Positions 9,301 to 19,617 of a stretch of 64,000 nucleotides of DNA are shown here, one piece after another; positions within the stretch are counted from its first letter, which is position 1; each line of letters opens with the position of its first letter. The stretch covers positions 2,689,812-2,753,811 of the forward strand of contig OZ251539.1 of assembly GCA_965243135.1 (NCBI GenBank). The letters are read 5' to 3'. Source of the stretch: Alphaproteobacteria bacterium (lineage in GTDB: Bacteria; Pseudomonadota; Alphaproteobacteria; MPNO01; UBA830). The position numbers and the translations under genes were made by a program. Under the pieces are notes generated by a model. That model was not told the DNA's origin and made no database searches. It saw only the letters and a program-made list of their open reading frames with translations.

Positions 9301-10296
9301 CGATCCTCTTTCCATTGTTTATGTCCCCGAGGGGACGAACGCAACGACGCGAATCTAGTGCAATCCGGAGTCGAAAGTCAACGGGCGTTTCGAATCTTTA
9401 TCGGGAATTTTTTCGGCAGAGAAGCGACGCATCGGCGGCGAACGGCCGGGCGAGGCCCAATCGCCGCTCGTCCGTTCTACGCGCCGACGGGCAGTTGCGA
9501 GACGGAAACCGAATCGGAACAGGCGTTCGCGACTCCGGCCCGCAACCGCTGCGGCGTGGAAAATCGTCGCCGTCCATCGTGGAACGCAGGCGCGAATCGA
9601 CATTGGTTCGGCATTGGCTCAAACGGGCGAACGCTTTCCGGATTTTCGCTTGCAGTCGTCCGTTAAGCGGTCTCCTCGCGCCTCCGCCGTAGCCGCCTCG
9701 GTTCGTTCGTCCGAACGTCGCTTTGTCTTCCGATGCATGCAAGCGTACAGGGCGCAATCTCCATGCGTTCGGAGGCATTGTTCCTGGCGGAAAAGGCGTT
9801 CGTTCCGTCAGCAACGAAACGTCGTTGTATTTTCGTCGGATCGCAAGAATTTGCGCGAAAAGCGACGGCTTCTCCCCTCTGCGGTCGGCGAAGCCACCGA
9901 ATCCGCGTCGATCCGGAGCTCGTTCGAGCTGCCGGGGATTTTCTGGAACGCTCGCCGCAGCCGCCGTTTTCGGCTCGAGCCTGCCGTCCGCGCCGCTGTC
10001 CCCGGAAAACGAGCGCTACGTTGCCAAGAACTGCGCGACGGACGGCCGTTGGCCGACAATCCCGACAGCCATTTCGAACGCGGCGGGCCGAATTTTTTTG
10101 CGCGTTGCGGCGCGACGCGCCGGCATTTCGTTGCGCGACGAAGCGCGGGCCTCGGGCTTCGCGCGTTCGGCGTTCGAACCGCGCGCATTCGAAGCAGGGC
10201 TTCGGCGGACGACTTCCCGTCGGCATTCCGCGCAGTTGCGGTCGGAGAGAGGCGAACTTCCCGAAAGCGGCCGGCCCGCGGCGCGCAGGGAAACTC

Positions 10297-11436
10297 TTAG
10301 CCGCGAACGGAAGGGGGAGTTTCGCGAATGCTTTCGCGCGACTCCGATCTCAAGCGTTGCCGCGCGGACCGATGCCCGCGCCCCGCGGTGATTCGCGCGC
10401 CGGCCCCGAAGAGCGGAGCGAGAAACGGAAGATCCACAAGGCCCGGTCGCCGGGCGGCGCCGGATTTCGATCGAAGCGACATCGCCGCCGGGGCGTCCGA
10501 GCCAGAGGGCAACGGGGCCGCGGAGTCCGCGATCCAGGCCGCTATGTCGTCGAGCGCGACCTGCGCGTTCAGGTCGCGCAACAGCATGTGCCAGCCGTCC
10601 CGGTAAAGGACGACCCGGGCGTGCGCCCTGCGGAACAAGGCGAGCGCGGGTTCCGGAGGGACGAGTTCGTCCCGCGCGCCGAAAAGGACCAGCGACGGCA
10701 ACCGCGGCGCGGCGGCGAGGGCCGCATCCATTGCGTTCACCAATCCCTCGACGGCGTCGATCCGCGTCCGCTTGACGATCAGCGGATCGCGGCCGAGCGC
10801 GCGCAGCATTCCGACGTTGTCGGACGCCTGCACGTTCAACCCTTCGGCGGTGAGCGGATACCAGGGGATGGTCCGAGCCGTCAACCAGAGAGCCGCGCTC
10901 GCGAAGAAGCCGAGCCGGCGCCGGCCGCGCAGCGCCGGAGCGACGAGAACGAGCCCGTCCGCCCGCAGCGTCGGCGCCGCAATCATGGCGATCGCTCCGC
11001 CCATGCTCTCGCCCAGCACGTAGACCGGAATGCCGGGATGGCGGGTCCGGACGAGATCGAGGGCGGCGGCGGCGTCCGCCGCCATGGTCTTGTGACCGGC
11101 CCAGATGCCACGGTGCGGCGCTTCGCCGAACCCGCGCTGATCGTACGCGTAGGTGGCGATGCGCTTTTTCGTCCAGTATTCTCCGGGTCGTTCGAAGGCG
11201 CGGGAATAATCGTTGAAGCCGTGGAGCGCAAGGATGACGGCGCGCGGCCGCCGGTCCGGCATCCAGCGCCTCAGCGGAAGGACCGCGCCGTCCGCGGCGA
11301 CGATCCGGTCGTCTTTCAGTTGCGGCGGCGAGAGGAAGGGGCCGGCCGGCTCGACGCGAGGAGCGCACGCGCCGAGCGCCAGCGCGCCGCAAAGCGCCGC
11401 GAAAATCGTCGGCAGGGGCGGTTGCCTTACCGGCAC
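10297..11436 (-). CDS. alpha/beta hydrolase (lysophospholipase/monoglyceride-lipase-like), probable lipoprotein
   Basis: GTG start. Lipobox LALGAC near the N-terminus, HGFNDY oxyanion region and nucleophile elbow GESMGG. The C-terminal tail of about 60 aa looks low-complexity. Confidence 0.75.
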   Translation of the reverse strand: MPVRQPPLPTIFAALCGALALGACAPRVEPAGPFLSPPQLKDDRIVAADGAVLPLRRWMPDRRPRAVILALHGFNDYSRAFERPGEYWTKKRIATYAYDQRGFGEAPHRGIWAGHKTMAADAAAALDLVRTRHPGIPVYVLGESMGGAIAMIAAPTLRADGLVLVAPALRGRRRLGFFASAALWLTARTIPWYPLTAEGLNVQASDNVGMLRALGRDPLIVKRTRIDAVEGLVNAMDAALAAAPRLPSLVLFGARDELVPPEPALALFRRAHARVVLYRDGWHMLLRDLNAQVALDDIAAWIADSAAPLPSGSDAPAAMSLRSKSGAARRPGLVDLPFLAPLFGAGARITAGRGHRSARQRLRSESRESIRETPPSVRG

Positions 11437-11514
11437 GTTCGACTATCATTTCCCGCCGCGCCGGCTTTCCCGGGCGGGCGGGAAACGCGCTTGCAGGCTG
11501 CGGAGAAACGGAAA

Positions 11515-11676
11515 ATGCTGTTGCCGCCCGATATCGTCGAGGTCGAGACGACGGAAGTGTCCTGCGACGGCGGGGAACTCGGACATCCGAAAGTGTATCT
11601 GGCCCTGCAGGACGGCGAGGTCGAATGCCCGTACTGCGACCGCAAGTTCGTTCTCAAGCCGCGTTCCGCCCCCTGA
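11515..11676 (+). CDS. zinc-finger (zf-CHCC type) domain protein, 53 aa
   Basis: MLLPPDIVEVETTEVSCDGGELGHPKVYLALQDGEVECPYCDRKFVLK matches the small CHCC zinc-finger protein pattern. It is the tail of spurious track ORF 9733..11676. Confidence 0.7.
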   Translation: MLLPPDIVEVETTEVSCDGGELGHPKVYLALQDGEVECPYCDRKFVLKPRSAP

Positions 11677-11689
11677 CGGGCCGGCCGCC

Positions 11690-12226
11690 TCAGACCGGCG
11701 CCAGCACCATCACCATCTGACGGCCTTCCATTTTCGGAAACTGCTCGATCCTGCTCGTTCCGTCGAGGTCGCTTCGCACCCGGTCCAGAACGGCGAGGCC
11801 GCGCTCCTGGTGCGCCATCTCCCGGCCTCGAAAGCGCATCGTCACCTTCACCTTGTCGCCGTCGTCGAGAAACTTCCTCATGAACCGCATCTTGATTTCG
11901 TAGTCGTGATCGTCGATTCCGGGCCGAAGCTTGATTTCCTTGACCTCTATCGTCTTCTGCTTTTTGCGGGCTTCGTTCTTCTTCTTCTGCTCCTCGTATT
12001 TGAACTTTCCGTAATCCATGATCTTGCAGACCGGCGGAGCGGCTCCGCCGGCGACGACGACGAGGTCCATGCCTGCATGCGACGCGTAATCGAGCGCTTC
12101 GCTTCGGGAGACAACGCCGATTTGCTGGCCGTCGGCGCCGATCAGACGCACCTCGGTCGCCTGGATCGTTTCGTTCACGGGCCGCTCGTCCCGCACGGGC
12201 GGCGCCATCATTGGAGGTCTTGCGAT
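11690..12226 (-). CDS. infC: translation initiation factor IF-3
   Basis: Tail of track ORF 11690..12409: [15 protein letters not shown]...[16 protein letters not shown]...[16 protein letters not shown]. The likely start is the non-ATG codon ATC at 12226, with AAGGAG 7 nt upstream. The first ATG, at 12211, has no SD. Confidence 0.85.
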   Translation of the reverse strand: MARPPMMAPPVRDERPVNETIQATEVRLIGADGQQIGVVSRSEALDYASHAGMDLVVVAGGAAPPVCKIMDYGKFKYEEQKKKNEARKKQKTIEVKEIKLRPGIDDHDYEIKMRFMRKFLDDGDKVKVTMRFRGREMAHQERGLAVLDRVRSDLDGTSRIEQFPKMEGRQMVMVLAPV

Positions 12227-12281
12227 GGATTTTCTCCTTTGCTCGTTTGTCTTTCCGGTCCGGCTCGTTCCGCCGTCGGCG

Positions 12282-14198
12282 TCATGGTGAACGGCATCCG
12301 TCCGCAAGTCTAGCCACAGCCTCTTCGAGCGCAAGAACTTCCTGTTCCTTGCCGCCGAGGCTGCGCAGCGCGACCCTGCGGTTCTCCACCTCGCGCCGGC
12401 CGACCACAAGAATGGCGGGCACCTTGGCGAGGCTGTGCTCGCGCACCTTGTAGTTGATCTTTTCGTTGCGAACGTCGAGTTCCGCCCGAACGCCTGCGCC
12501 CTCCAGCGCGCTCCGGACTTCCTCGGCCCAGGCGTCGGCGTCCGACGTTATCGTCGCCACGACGGCCTGAACCGGCGCCAGCCACATCGGCAGGCGCCCG
12601 GCGTAGTGCTCGACCAGGATGCCGATGAAGCGTTCGAACGAGCCCAGAATCGCCCGGTGAAGCATGACCGGGCGGTGCTTCCTTCCGTCCTCGCCGACAT
12701 AGGCGGCGTCCAGCCGCTCCGGCAGCACGAAATCGACCTGCAGCGTGCCGCACTGCCAGTCCCGCCCGATCGCGTCGCGCAGCACGAATTCCAGCTTGGG
12801 GCCGTAGAACGCGCCCTCGCCCGGGTTCGGCTCGTAGTCGAGGCCGGTCGCCTCGACGGCCTCCACGAGCGCCGCTTCGGCGCGGCTCCAGACCGCGTCG
12901 TCGCCCGCCCGCACCGGCGGACGGTCGGCGAACTTCACCGCCACGTCGGAGAACCCGAAATCGGCGTAGACGCTCGTCAGCAGTTCGCAGAACGCCGCCG
13001 TTTCGGACGTGATCTGGTCCGCCGTGCAGAAGATGTGCGCGTCGTCCTGGGTGAAGGCCCGCACCCGCATCAACCCGTGCAGCGCCCCCGAAGGCTCGTA
13101 GCGATGGCACGAGCCGAACTCCGCCATGCGCAGCGGCAGGTCGCGGTAGCTGGTGATGCCCTGGCGGAATATCTGCACGTGGCCCGGACAGTTCATCGGC
13201 TTCAGCGCCAGAATCCGGTCGTCGTCGGTTTCCGCGGTGAACATGTGCTCGCGGAACTTGTCCCAATGGCCGGACGCTTCCCAGAGCCCGCGGTCGATGA
13301 GCTGCGGCGTCTTCACCTCGACGTAGCCGGCTTTCTCGAGGCGCTTCCGGACGTAGGACTCGAGCGCGCGGTACAGCGTCCAGCCCTTGGGATGCCAGAA
13401 GACGCTGCCGACGGCCTCCTCCTGGAAATGATACAGCTCCATCTCGCGGCCCAGCCGCCGGTGGTCGCGCTTTTCCGCCTCCTCGAGCCGTTCGAGATGC
13501 GCGGCCAGTTCCTTTCCGTCCCGCCACGCGGTGCCGTAGACCCTCTGCAGCATTTCGTTGCGGGAGTCTCCGCGCCAATAAGCGCCCGCCACGCGCAGCA
13601 GCTTGAAGCCGCCGCCGACGTGGCCGGTGGACGGAAGGTGCGGCCCGCGGCACAGGTCGAACCACTCCCCCTGCCGGTAGATCGAAACGGTTTCGCCGGC
13701 CGGGAGGTCGCGGACGATCTGCGCCTTGTAGCTCTCGCCGAGGCCTTCGAAGAGGCGGATCGCCGCCTCCCGGTCCATCTCCTCGCGCGCGAACGCTTCG
13801 TCGCGGCCGACGATTTCGCGCATCCCGGCCTCGATCTTTTCGAGATCGTCGGTCGTGAACGGCGCGTCGCGCGCGAAATCGTAATAGAAACCGTTTTCGA
13901 TCGCCGGGCCGATGGTCACCTGCGTGCCGGGGTAGAGGCGTTGCACGGCTTCCGCCATGACGTGCGCCGCGTCGTGCCGGATCAGTTCCAGCGCTTCGTC
14001 GGACTTGCGGGTTACGATCTCGACGGCGGCGTCGCGATCGATCGGCCGGGCGAGATCGCGGATTTCTCCGTCGATCCTGACGGCGATCGCCGCCTTCGCC
14101 AGGCCGGGTCCGATATCGGCCGCGAGTTCCGCTCCGGTCACCGCGTGGCCGAAGCGGCGTACGCTGCCGTCCGGCAGGGTGATGTTCACGCCGTCCAT
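12282..14198 (-). CDS. thrS: threonine--tRNA ligase
   Basis: 638 aa from [19 protein letters not shown], editing and class-II core motifs are present ([32 protein letters not shown]), plus an anticodon-binding end. Confidence 0.95.
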   Translation of the reverse strand: MDGVNITLPDGSVRRFGHAVTGAELAADIGPGLAKAAIAVRIDGEIRDLARPIDRDAAVEIVTRKSDEALELIRHDAAHVMAEAVQRLYPGTQVTIGPAIENGFYYDFARDAPFTTDDLEKIEAGMREIVGRDEAFAREEMDREAAIRLFEGLGESYKAQIVRDLPAGETVSIYRQGEWFDLCRGPHLPSTGHVGGGFKLLRVAGAYWRGDSRNEMLQRVYGTAWRDGKELAAHLERLEEAEKRDHRRLGREMELYHFQEEAVGSVFWHPKGWTLYRALESYVRKRLEKAGYVEVKTPQLIDRGLWEASGHWDKFREHMFTAETDDDRILALKPMNCPGHVQIFRQGITSYRDLPLRMAEFGSCHRYEPSGALHGLMRVRAFTQDDAHIFCTADQITSETAAFCELLTSVYADFGFSDVAVKFADRPPVRAGDDAVWSRAEAALVEAVEATGLDYEPNPGEGAFYGPKLEFVLRDAIGRDWQCGTLQVDFVLPERLDAAYVGEDGRKHRPVMLHRAILGSFERFIGILVEHYAGRLPMWLAPVQAVVATITSDADAWAEEVRSALEGAGVRAELDVRNEKINYKVREHSLAKVPAILVVGRREVENRRVALRSLGGKEQEVLALEEAVARLADGCRSP

Positions 14199-14323
14199 GT
14201 TCCGTTCGCCAGATTCCAGAATTCGACTGCCGCCGCGCCGGGCGTTTAACGCAATCCCGCCGTCGCGGCAACCTCGGCGCCGCGGTCCGCCGCCGGTTCC
14301 GGCGGCGGCGAGCGGACGTTCCG

Positions 14324-15457
14324 TCATGCTTCGAGAAGTTCGCGGTAAACTGACATCGTCCGGTCGCACATCAGGGTTTTCGTGAAGTTCTTCTCTATAT
14401 GGTCGCGCGTGCGCCGGGCGTTGGCGACCCTCTCTTCGGGCGTCATCGCCAGCGCCTCGCGCAGCGCGCGCGCGAGCGACGCCGGTTCGCGGGCCGGGAC
14501 GAGCCAGCCGTTCTCGCCGTCGATCACCGTCTCCCGCAGGCCGCCGAGGTCGGTCACGATGACGGGACGGCCCATCGCCTGCGCCTCGACGGAGACGCGG
14601 CCGAACGGTTCCGGTTCGACGGGAGCGAAAACCACGGCGTCGGCCAGCATGTAGGCGGCGGCCATGTCGCGGCAGGGCTCGGTCAGGCGCACGATCCCCT
14701 CCAGCCCGTTCCGCCGGATCTGCGCCCGGAGTTTCTTCCGGTAACGCGGGCTGCCGTGGTCCGCGCCGACGAGCAGTATGCGGTAGTTCGGATGATCGAG
14801 CTGGCGGGCGGCCTCGACGAGGACGCTGTATCCCTTGCGTCGGCTCGGCCGGCCGGGCGACATGATGACGTACGCGTCGTCCGGCAGGCACCACTCCCGC
14901 GCCAGCTGGACGATGCGCTCCTGCGACACCGCGTGAGGATCGAAGATGTCGGTGTCGACGCCGCGAGGGATGGTCCGCAGCCGGTCCGCCGGAACGCCGT
15001 AGACTTCCGACACGTGGCGTCTCGTGAATTCGGATACGGCGATGACGAGATCGCCGCTCGCCATGACGCTGTTGTACGGCTTCTTCAACGGGTAGCCGCC
15101 GCCGTAAAGCCCGTGGAAGGTGGTGACGAAGGAAACGCCCTGGCTCCGCGCGGCCGCGCGGGCGCTCCAGGCGGGCGCGCGGCTTCGGGCGTGCACGATA
15201 TCGATTTCGTAGTGGCGGATGATCCTTTCGATGAGCGCCACGTTGCGCCGCATCGTCCAGGGGTTCTTCGAGCACAGCGGCGCCGTTACGTGAATCCCGC
15301 CCGCCCGCTCGACGTCCTTGGTCATGGTGCCGCCGGCCGAGGCGACGACCGCTTTCCATCCCTCGGCCGCCAAGGCCGCGGTGATTTCGACGGTGCCGCG
15401 TTCGACGCCGCCGAATTCCAGACGGGGCAGCACCTGCAGAACGGTGGGAACTTTCAC
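14324..15457 (-). CDS. glycosyltransferase family 4 (GT-B, GT1-type)
   Basis: GTG start at 15457 with GGAG 7 nt upstream. Sequence [22 protein letters not shown]... with the C-terminal motif [29 protein letters not shown]. Confidence 0.85.
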   Translation of the reverse strand: MKVPTVLQVLPRLEFGGVERGTVEITAALAAEGWKAVVASAGGTMTKDVERAGGIHVTAPLCSKNPWTMRRNVALIERIIRHYEIDIVHARSRAPAWSARAAARSQGVSFVTTFHGLYGGGYPLKKPYNSVMASGDLVIAVSEFTRRHVSEVYGVPADRLRTIPRGVDTDIFDPHAVSQERIVQLAREWCLPDDAYVIMSPGRPSRRKGYSVLVEAARQLDHPNYRILLVGADHGSPRYRKKLRAQIRRNGLEGIVRLTEPCRDMAAAYMLADAVVFAPVEPEPFGRVSVEAQAMGRPVIVTDLGGLRETVIDGENGWLVPAREPASLARALREALAMTPEERVANARRTRDHIEKNFTKTLMCDRTMSVYRELLEA

Positions 15458-15515
15458 CGTTCGCTCCTCGATAGTATTACTGACGATGGACGCGTCCAAC
15501 GAAGGCCGACGCCCG

Positions 15516-16292
15516 ATGAACTCGGACAGCGAACCTCGACCGGGGATACTATCACGCAACGGCGCGACAATCGCGTACCGGCGGATCGACGGCGCGACTC
15601 CCGGAGTCGTGTTTCTCGGCGGCTTCATGTCGGACATGCAGGGAACCAAGGCCCTGGCGCTGGAACGCCATTGCCGGGCGGCGGGCCGCGCCTTTCTGCG
15701 CTTCGACTACCAGGGGCACGGCGAGTCCTCGGGCGAGTTCGCCGACGGCACGATCGGAGTCTGGACGGACGACGCCCTGGCGGCGCTCGACCGCTGCACC
15801 TCCGGCCGGCAAATACTGGTGGGATCGTCGATGGGCGGATGGATCATGCTGCTGGCGGCTCTCGCCAGGCCGCGCCGCGTGGCCGGGCTGGTGGGCGTGG
15901 CGGCCGCGCCGGATTTCACGGAGGACCTGTTGTGGGAACGCCTCGACGACGCGCGCCGCGAGGAGCTGGCCGTCGAGGGAATCTGCATGATGCCGGGCGG
16001 CGGCGAGCCCGTCACCATGAAGCTTGTCGAGGACGGAAGGAAGCGCCTGCTTCTGCGGCGGCCGATACCGCTGCGCTGCCCGGTCCGCCTGCTTCACGGC
16101 ATGCGGGACGAGGACGTGCCGTGGACGACGTCGATCCGCCTGGCGGAGCGGCTGCTTTCCGACGACGCGCGGGTCGTCCTCGTCAAGGACGGCGATCACC
16201 GGCTTTCGCGCGACGGGGATATCGGTTGCCTGACGGGCGCGGTCGACGAACTCGCGGGCAGGCCCGCGATGGCCCGCAGCCCGGCGCGATAG
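15516..16292 (+). CDS. alpha/beta hydrolase
   Basis: MNSDSEPRPG...VVFLGGFMSDMQGTKA...FDYQGHGESSG...LVGSSMGGW...DGDHRL. An alternative start is the ATG at 15486. Confidence 0.8.
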   Translation: MNSDSEPRPGILSRNGATIAYRRIDGATPGVVFLGGFMSDMQGTKALALERHCRAAGRAFLRFDYQGHGESSGEFADGTIGVWTDDALAALDRCTSGRQILVGSSMGGWIMLLAALARPRRVAGLVGVAAAPDFTEDLLWERLDDARREELAVEGICMMPGGGEPVTMKLVEDGRKRLLLRRPIPLRCPVRLLHGMRDEDVPWTTSIRLAERLLSDDARVVLVKDGDHRLSRDGDIGCLTGAVDELAGRPAMARSPAR

Positions 16293-17116
16293 TCGGGGAA
16301 GGCCAGCTCCACGCCCAGTTCTTCCTTCGTCCGGCCGTTGCGGACCCGTCGATTGTCCGCCCAGAAGGTTCGCGCCCGGGGCGACAACTCCGCGTCGGAG
16401 AACGCGATCAGGGGCGGCGGCTCCACGCCGAGAAGTTCGCAGGCGTAAGCGACGACCTCCGCCGGCTCCGCCGGTTCGTCGTCGCAGACGTTGTAGATGC
16501 CGCCCGCCTCCGGCCTCGCGATGGACGCCTCGAGCACCGTCGCGATATCCTCCACGTGTATGCGGGAAAAATAGTGCCCCGGCTTGTCGATGCGCCGCGC
16601 CGTGCCGTCGCGGATCCGGTCGAAGGCGGACCGGCCGGGTCCGTAGATCCCCGCGAGGCGAAAGACCTGCACGGCTACGCCCCGTTCCTCGCCCCATTGC
16701 AGCCAGGCGCGTTCCGCCGCGACCCGCCTCGCGCTGCGCTCGCTGCCGGGGCGGGTTTCCGAGGTTTCGTCGACCCATCCGCCGCCCCGGTCGCCGTAGA
16801 CTCCCGTGGTCGACAGATATCCCGCCCATTCGACGGTCCGCGGCAAATCCGCGGCGTGTCGCCGCAGGACCGGGTCCCCTTCCGCGTCGGGCGGAACGGA
16901 CGACAGCAGATGCGTGGTCCCGGCGAGCGCTTGCGGGCGATCCATGGGCGCCGTCCCGTCGAACAGCGCCGCTTCCATGCCGAGGGCGCCGAGCGCGGCG
17001 CGCCTGCGGGCGCTCCGGCAGGTGCCGGAGATCCGCCACTTGCGGGCGTTCAGCCGGCGGCTCAACGCCATGGCGGCATAGCCGAGGCCGAAGCAGAACA
17101 GCTTCCGGCGCCGCAC
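16196..17116 (-). CDS. SDR-family NAD(P)-binding epimerase/dehydratase-like protein
   Basis: GTG start at 17116. Rossmann N-terminus KLFCFGLGYAA, then LSTTGVYGD...RLAGIYGPGR. The 3' end overlaps the convergent hydrolase gene by about 97 nt, so the last ~25 aa are uncertain. Confidence 0.7.
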   Translation of the reverse strand: MRRRKLFCFGLGYAAMALSRRLNARKWRISGTCRSARRRAALGALGMEAALFDGTAPMDRPQALAGTTHLLSSVPPDAEGDPVLRRHAADLPRTVEWAGYLSTTGVYGDRGGGWVDETSETRPGSERSARRVAAERAWLQWGEERGVAVQVFRLAGIYGPGRSAFDRIRDGTARRIDKPGHYFSRIHVEDIATVLEASIARPEAGGIYNVCDDEPAEPAEVVAYACELLGVEPPPLIAFSDAELSPRARTFWADNRRVRNGRTKEELGVELAFPDYRAGLRAIAGLPASSSTAPVRQPISPSRESR

Positions 17117-17145
17117 GGCCGCGGTTCCCGTCGCGGCGGACCGCC

Positions 17146-19461
17146 TTACGGCCGGGCGGCGCGGATCGCCTGCCACACTCTGAGGGGCGTAAGCGGCATT
17201 TCCGCGTCGGTCACGCCGAGCCCCGAGAGCGCGTCGACGACGGCGTTGACCACCGCCGCGGTCGCGCCGACCGTGCCGGATTCTCCGCCGCCCTTCACGC
17301 CGAGCGGATTGGTCCGGCAAGCCGCCGCGAAATCCCGCGTCTCGATCATCGGCAGGTCGTCGGCCCGCGGCATGCAGTAGTCCATGAACGAGCCGGCGAG
17401 GAGCTGGCCTTCGGAATCGTAGGTCACGTCCTCCATGAGGGCCTGGCCGACTCCCTGCGCCACTCCGCCGTGAACCTGGCCGGCGAGCAGCAGAGGGTTG
17501 ATCACCTCGCCGGAATCGTTGACCGCCACGTGGCGAATCAGTTCGACGGCGCCGGTGTCGGGGTCGATTTCCACTTCCGCGAAGTGGGTTCCGTTGGGCC
17601 AGTTGGGACCGCTCTCCGGCGTCCAGGCACCTTCCGCCGAAAGTCCGACGCCGAGCTCCGCCGGCCAGCCCATGGGCATGAAGGTCTGGGCCGCGAGTTC
17701 GCAGATGTGAATCGACCGGTCGGTGCCGGCGACCTTGAGCGCGCCTTCTTCGAACTCGATGTCTTCGGCGGCCGCCTCCAGCAGGTGGGCGGCGATCTTC
17801 TTCGCTTTTTCGACGATCGCGTCGGCCGCGGCCCGCAAGGCGGAACCGCCGATCGACATGGAGCGGGATCCGTAGGTGCCGCGTCCGAAGGTCACCGCGT
17901 CGGTGTCGCCCTGGACCAGGCGGACGCGGTCGAACGGGACGCCCAGCCATTCATGGATCATTTGCGCGTAGGAGGTCCGGTGGCCCTGCCCGTGGCTGAA
18001 GGTGCCGGCCGCGACGGTCACGCCGCCGGTCTCGTCGAAGCGGATCTCCATCCGGTCGTTGAAGGGCGCCGCGAAATCGATGAAGGAGCAGACGCCGAGG
18101 CCGCGAAGCCGGCCCCGCGCGGCGGCCTCCTCCCTGCGGGCGGCGAAGCCGGCCGCGTCCGCGACGCCGGCGGCGTGGGCGGCGAGCGCCGGAAAATCGC
18201 CCGAGTCGATCACGGTCGGCACCGGCGTCGCGTACGGCATCTTCTCCGGGGAGACGTAATTGCGCCTGCGCAGCTCGATCGGATCCGCGCCGAGCTCGTC
18301 GGCCGCCATGTCGAGCAGGCGTTCCACGACGTAGATCGCTTCGGGCCGCCCTGCGCCCCGATAGGGGCCGGTCCAGGCCGTATGGCTGAACACCGCGCGG
18401 ATGTGGACGTGCATCGCCTGAAAATCGTAGACGTTGGGATAGACCATGGCGCCGATGCAGGCGGACACCGGCGCCGATGCGGACAGATACGCGCCGAGGC
18501 CGTAATCGGCGCGCACCCGCAGCCCGAGAATCCGCCCGTCGCCGTCGAGCGCCAGTTCGCCCAGACAGTCGGCGTCGCGTCCGTGGGTGTCGCTGACCAG
18601 CGATTCGGACCGGTCGGCCGTCCACTTGACCGGCCGCCGCAGCCGTCTTGCCGCCCAGGCGCACAGGGCGTCTTCGGGGAAGACGTTGTTCTTCATGCCG
18701 AAGCCGCCTCCCACGTCGGGGCAGACGATGCGAAACGAACCCGCCGGGACGCCGAAGATTTCCGCGAAGACGGGGCGGTGCTGGTGGGGTCCCTGGCTGG
18801 ACATCCAGATCGTGAAGCTGTCCTGTCCGGGATGATATTCGGCGAGGGTCGCCCGCGGTTCCATCGCGTTGGCGGAGATGCGGTTGTTGCGCAGGCGCGC
18901 CTTGACGACGTGCCGGGCGGAAGCGAACGCGGCTTCCGCGGCGTCGCGGTCGCCGAGCTCCATGTCGAACCACAGATTGCCGGGCGCGTCGTCCCACACG
19001 AGGGGCGCGCCTTCGACCGCAGCGTCGCGCGTGGAGCCTGCCGCGGGCAGAATTTCGTAGTCGACTTCGATCGCCTCCGCGGCGTTCCGCGCCTGCGCCA
19101 GAGTCTCGGCGACGACGAAGGCGACCGGATCGCCCACGCACCGCACCCGGTCCCGGGCGAGGATCGGATGCGCCGGCGTGTAGGTCGCGGGGCCGCCGAA
19201 AGCCATCGGCGGCACGTGGCAACCGATGTCGCGGAGACCGTCGGCCTCGACGTCCCGGCCCGCGAGAACCGCGAGCGCGCCGGGCATGCGCGCGGCGGCG
19301 TCGGTGTCGACTCCGTTCACGCGGGCATGGGAATGGGGCGATCGCAAGACGTAGCCCACGGCCTGCCGCGGCAGGTCGATGTCGTCGACGTAGCGGCCGC
19401 CGCCTCTCAGAAGCCGCGGATCCTCCGTTCTCGGAACGGGCTGGCCGATGCCGAATTTCAT
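17146..19461 (-). CDS. xanthine dehydrogenase/CoxL-family molybdopterin-binding subunit
   Basis: 771 aa from MKFGIGQPVPRTEDPRLL. Motifs GGGFG, TGPYRGAGRPEA and a C-terminal GESGTVGA. No FAD or 2Fe-2S subunit genes are adjacent. Confidence 0.9.
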   Translation of the reverse strand: MKFGIGQPVPRTEDPRLLRGGGRYVDDIDLPRQAVGYVLRSPHSHARVNGVDTDAAARMPGALAVLAGRDVEADGLRDIGCHVPPMAFGGPATYTPAHPILARDRVRCVGDPVAFVVAETLAQARNAAEAIEVDYEILPAAGSTRDAAVEGAPLVWDDAPGNLWFDMELGDRDAAEAAFASARHVVKARLRNNRISANAMEPRATLAEYHPGQDSFTIWMSSQGPHQHRPVFAEIFGVPAGSFRIVCPDVGGGFGMKNNVFPEDALCAWAARRLRRPVKWTADRSESLVSDTHGRDADCLGELALDGDGRILGLRVRADYGLGAYLSASAPVSACIGAMVYPNVYDFQAMHVHIRAVFSHTAWTGPYRGAGRPEAIYVVERLLDMAADELGADPIELRRRNYVSPEKMPYATPVPTVIDSGDFPALAAHAAGVADAAGFAARREEAAARGRLRGLGVCSFIDFAAPFNDRMEIRFDETGGVTVAAGTFSHGQGHRTSYAQMIHEWLGVPFDRVRLVQGDTDAVTFGRGTYGSRSMSIGGSALRAAADAIVEKAKKIAAHLLEAAAEDIEFEEGALKVAGTDRSIHICELAAQTFMPMGWPAELGVGLSAEGAWTPESGPNWPNGTHFAEVEIDPDTGAVELIRHVAVNDSGEVINPLLLAGQVHGGVAQGVGQALMEDVTYDSEGQLLAGSFMDYCMPRADDLPMIETRDFAAACRTNPLGVKGGGESGTVGATAAVVNAVVDALSGLGVTDAEMPLTPLRVWQAIRAARP

Positions 19462-19617
19462 GGACGCCTCCCCGGCGGGCAGTATTGCGGTTTCCGGATA
19501 TTCGTTCATATATGCGGGCGTGTCGAGGGCGAGGCCGGCCGCGGAAACCCGGCGGCGCGCGGGGCGCCGGCTCCGTTCGCTGGACTTCGCCCGCCGCCCC
19601 GCCATATTGCGCACGCC

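Noticed and set aside
15486-15515. An alternative upstream ATG (15486) for the alpha/beta hydrolase gene.
   Set aside because: It cannot be decided from sequence alone. The shorter start (15516) was reported, and the 10 extra residues (MDASNEGRRP) carry no diagnostic information.
14399-17380. A 993-aa plus-strand ORF, together with similar very long ORFs elsewhere (272..2041, 5005..6582, 10016..11449, 19764..21857, 36511..37878, 54252..56228, 57794..59398).
   Set aside because: They are Arg/Pro/Gly/Ala-rich with no recognisable motifs. They run antisense or out of frame over genes with clear family signatures. They are typical open-frame artefacts of high-GC DNA.
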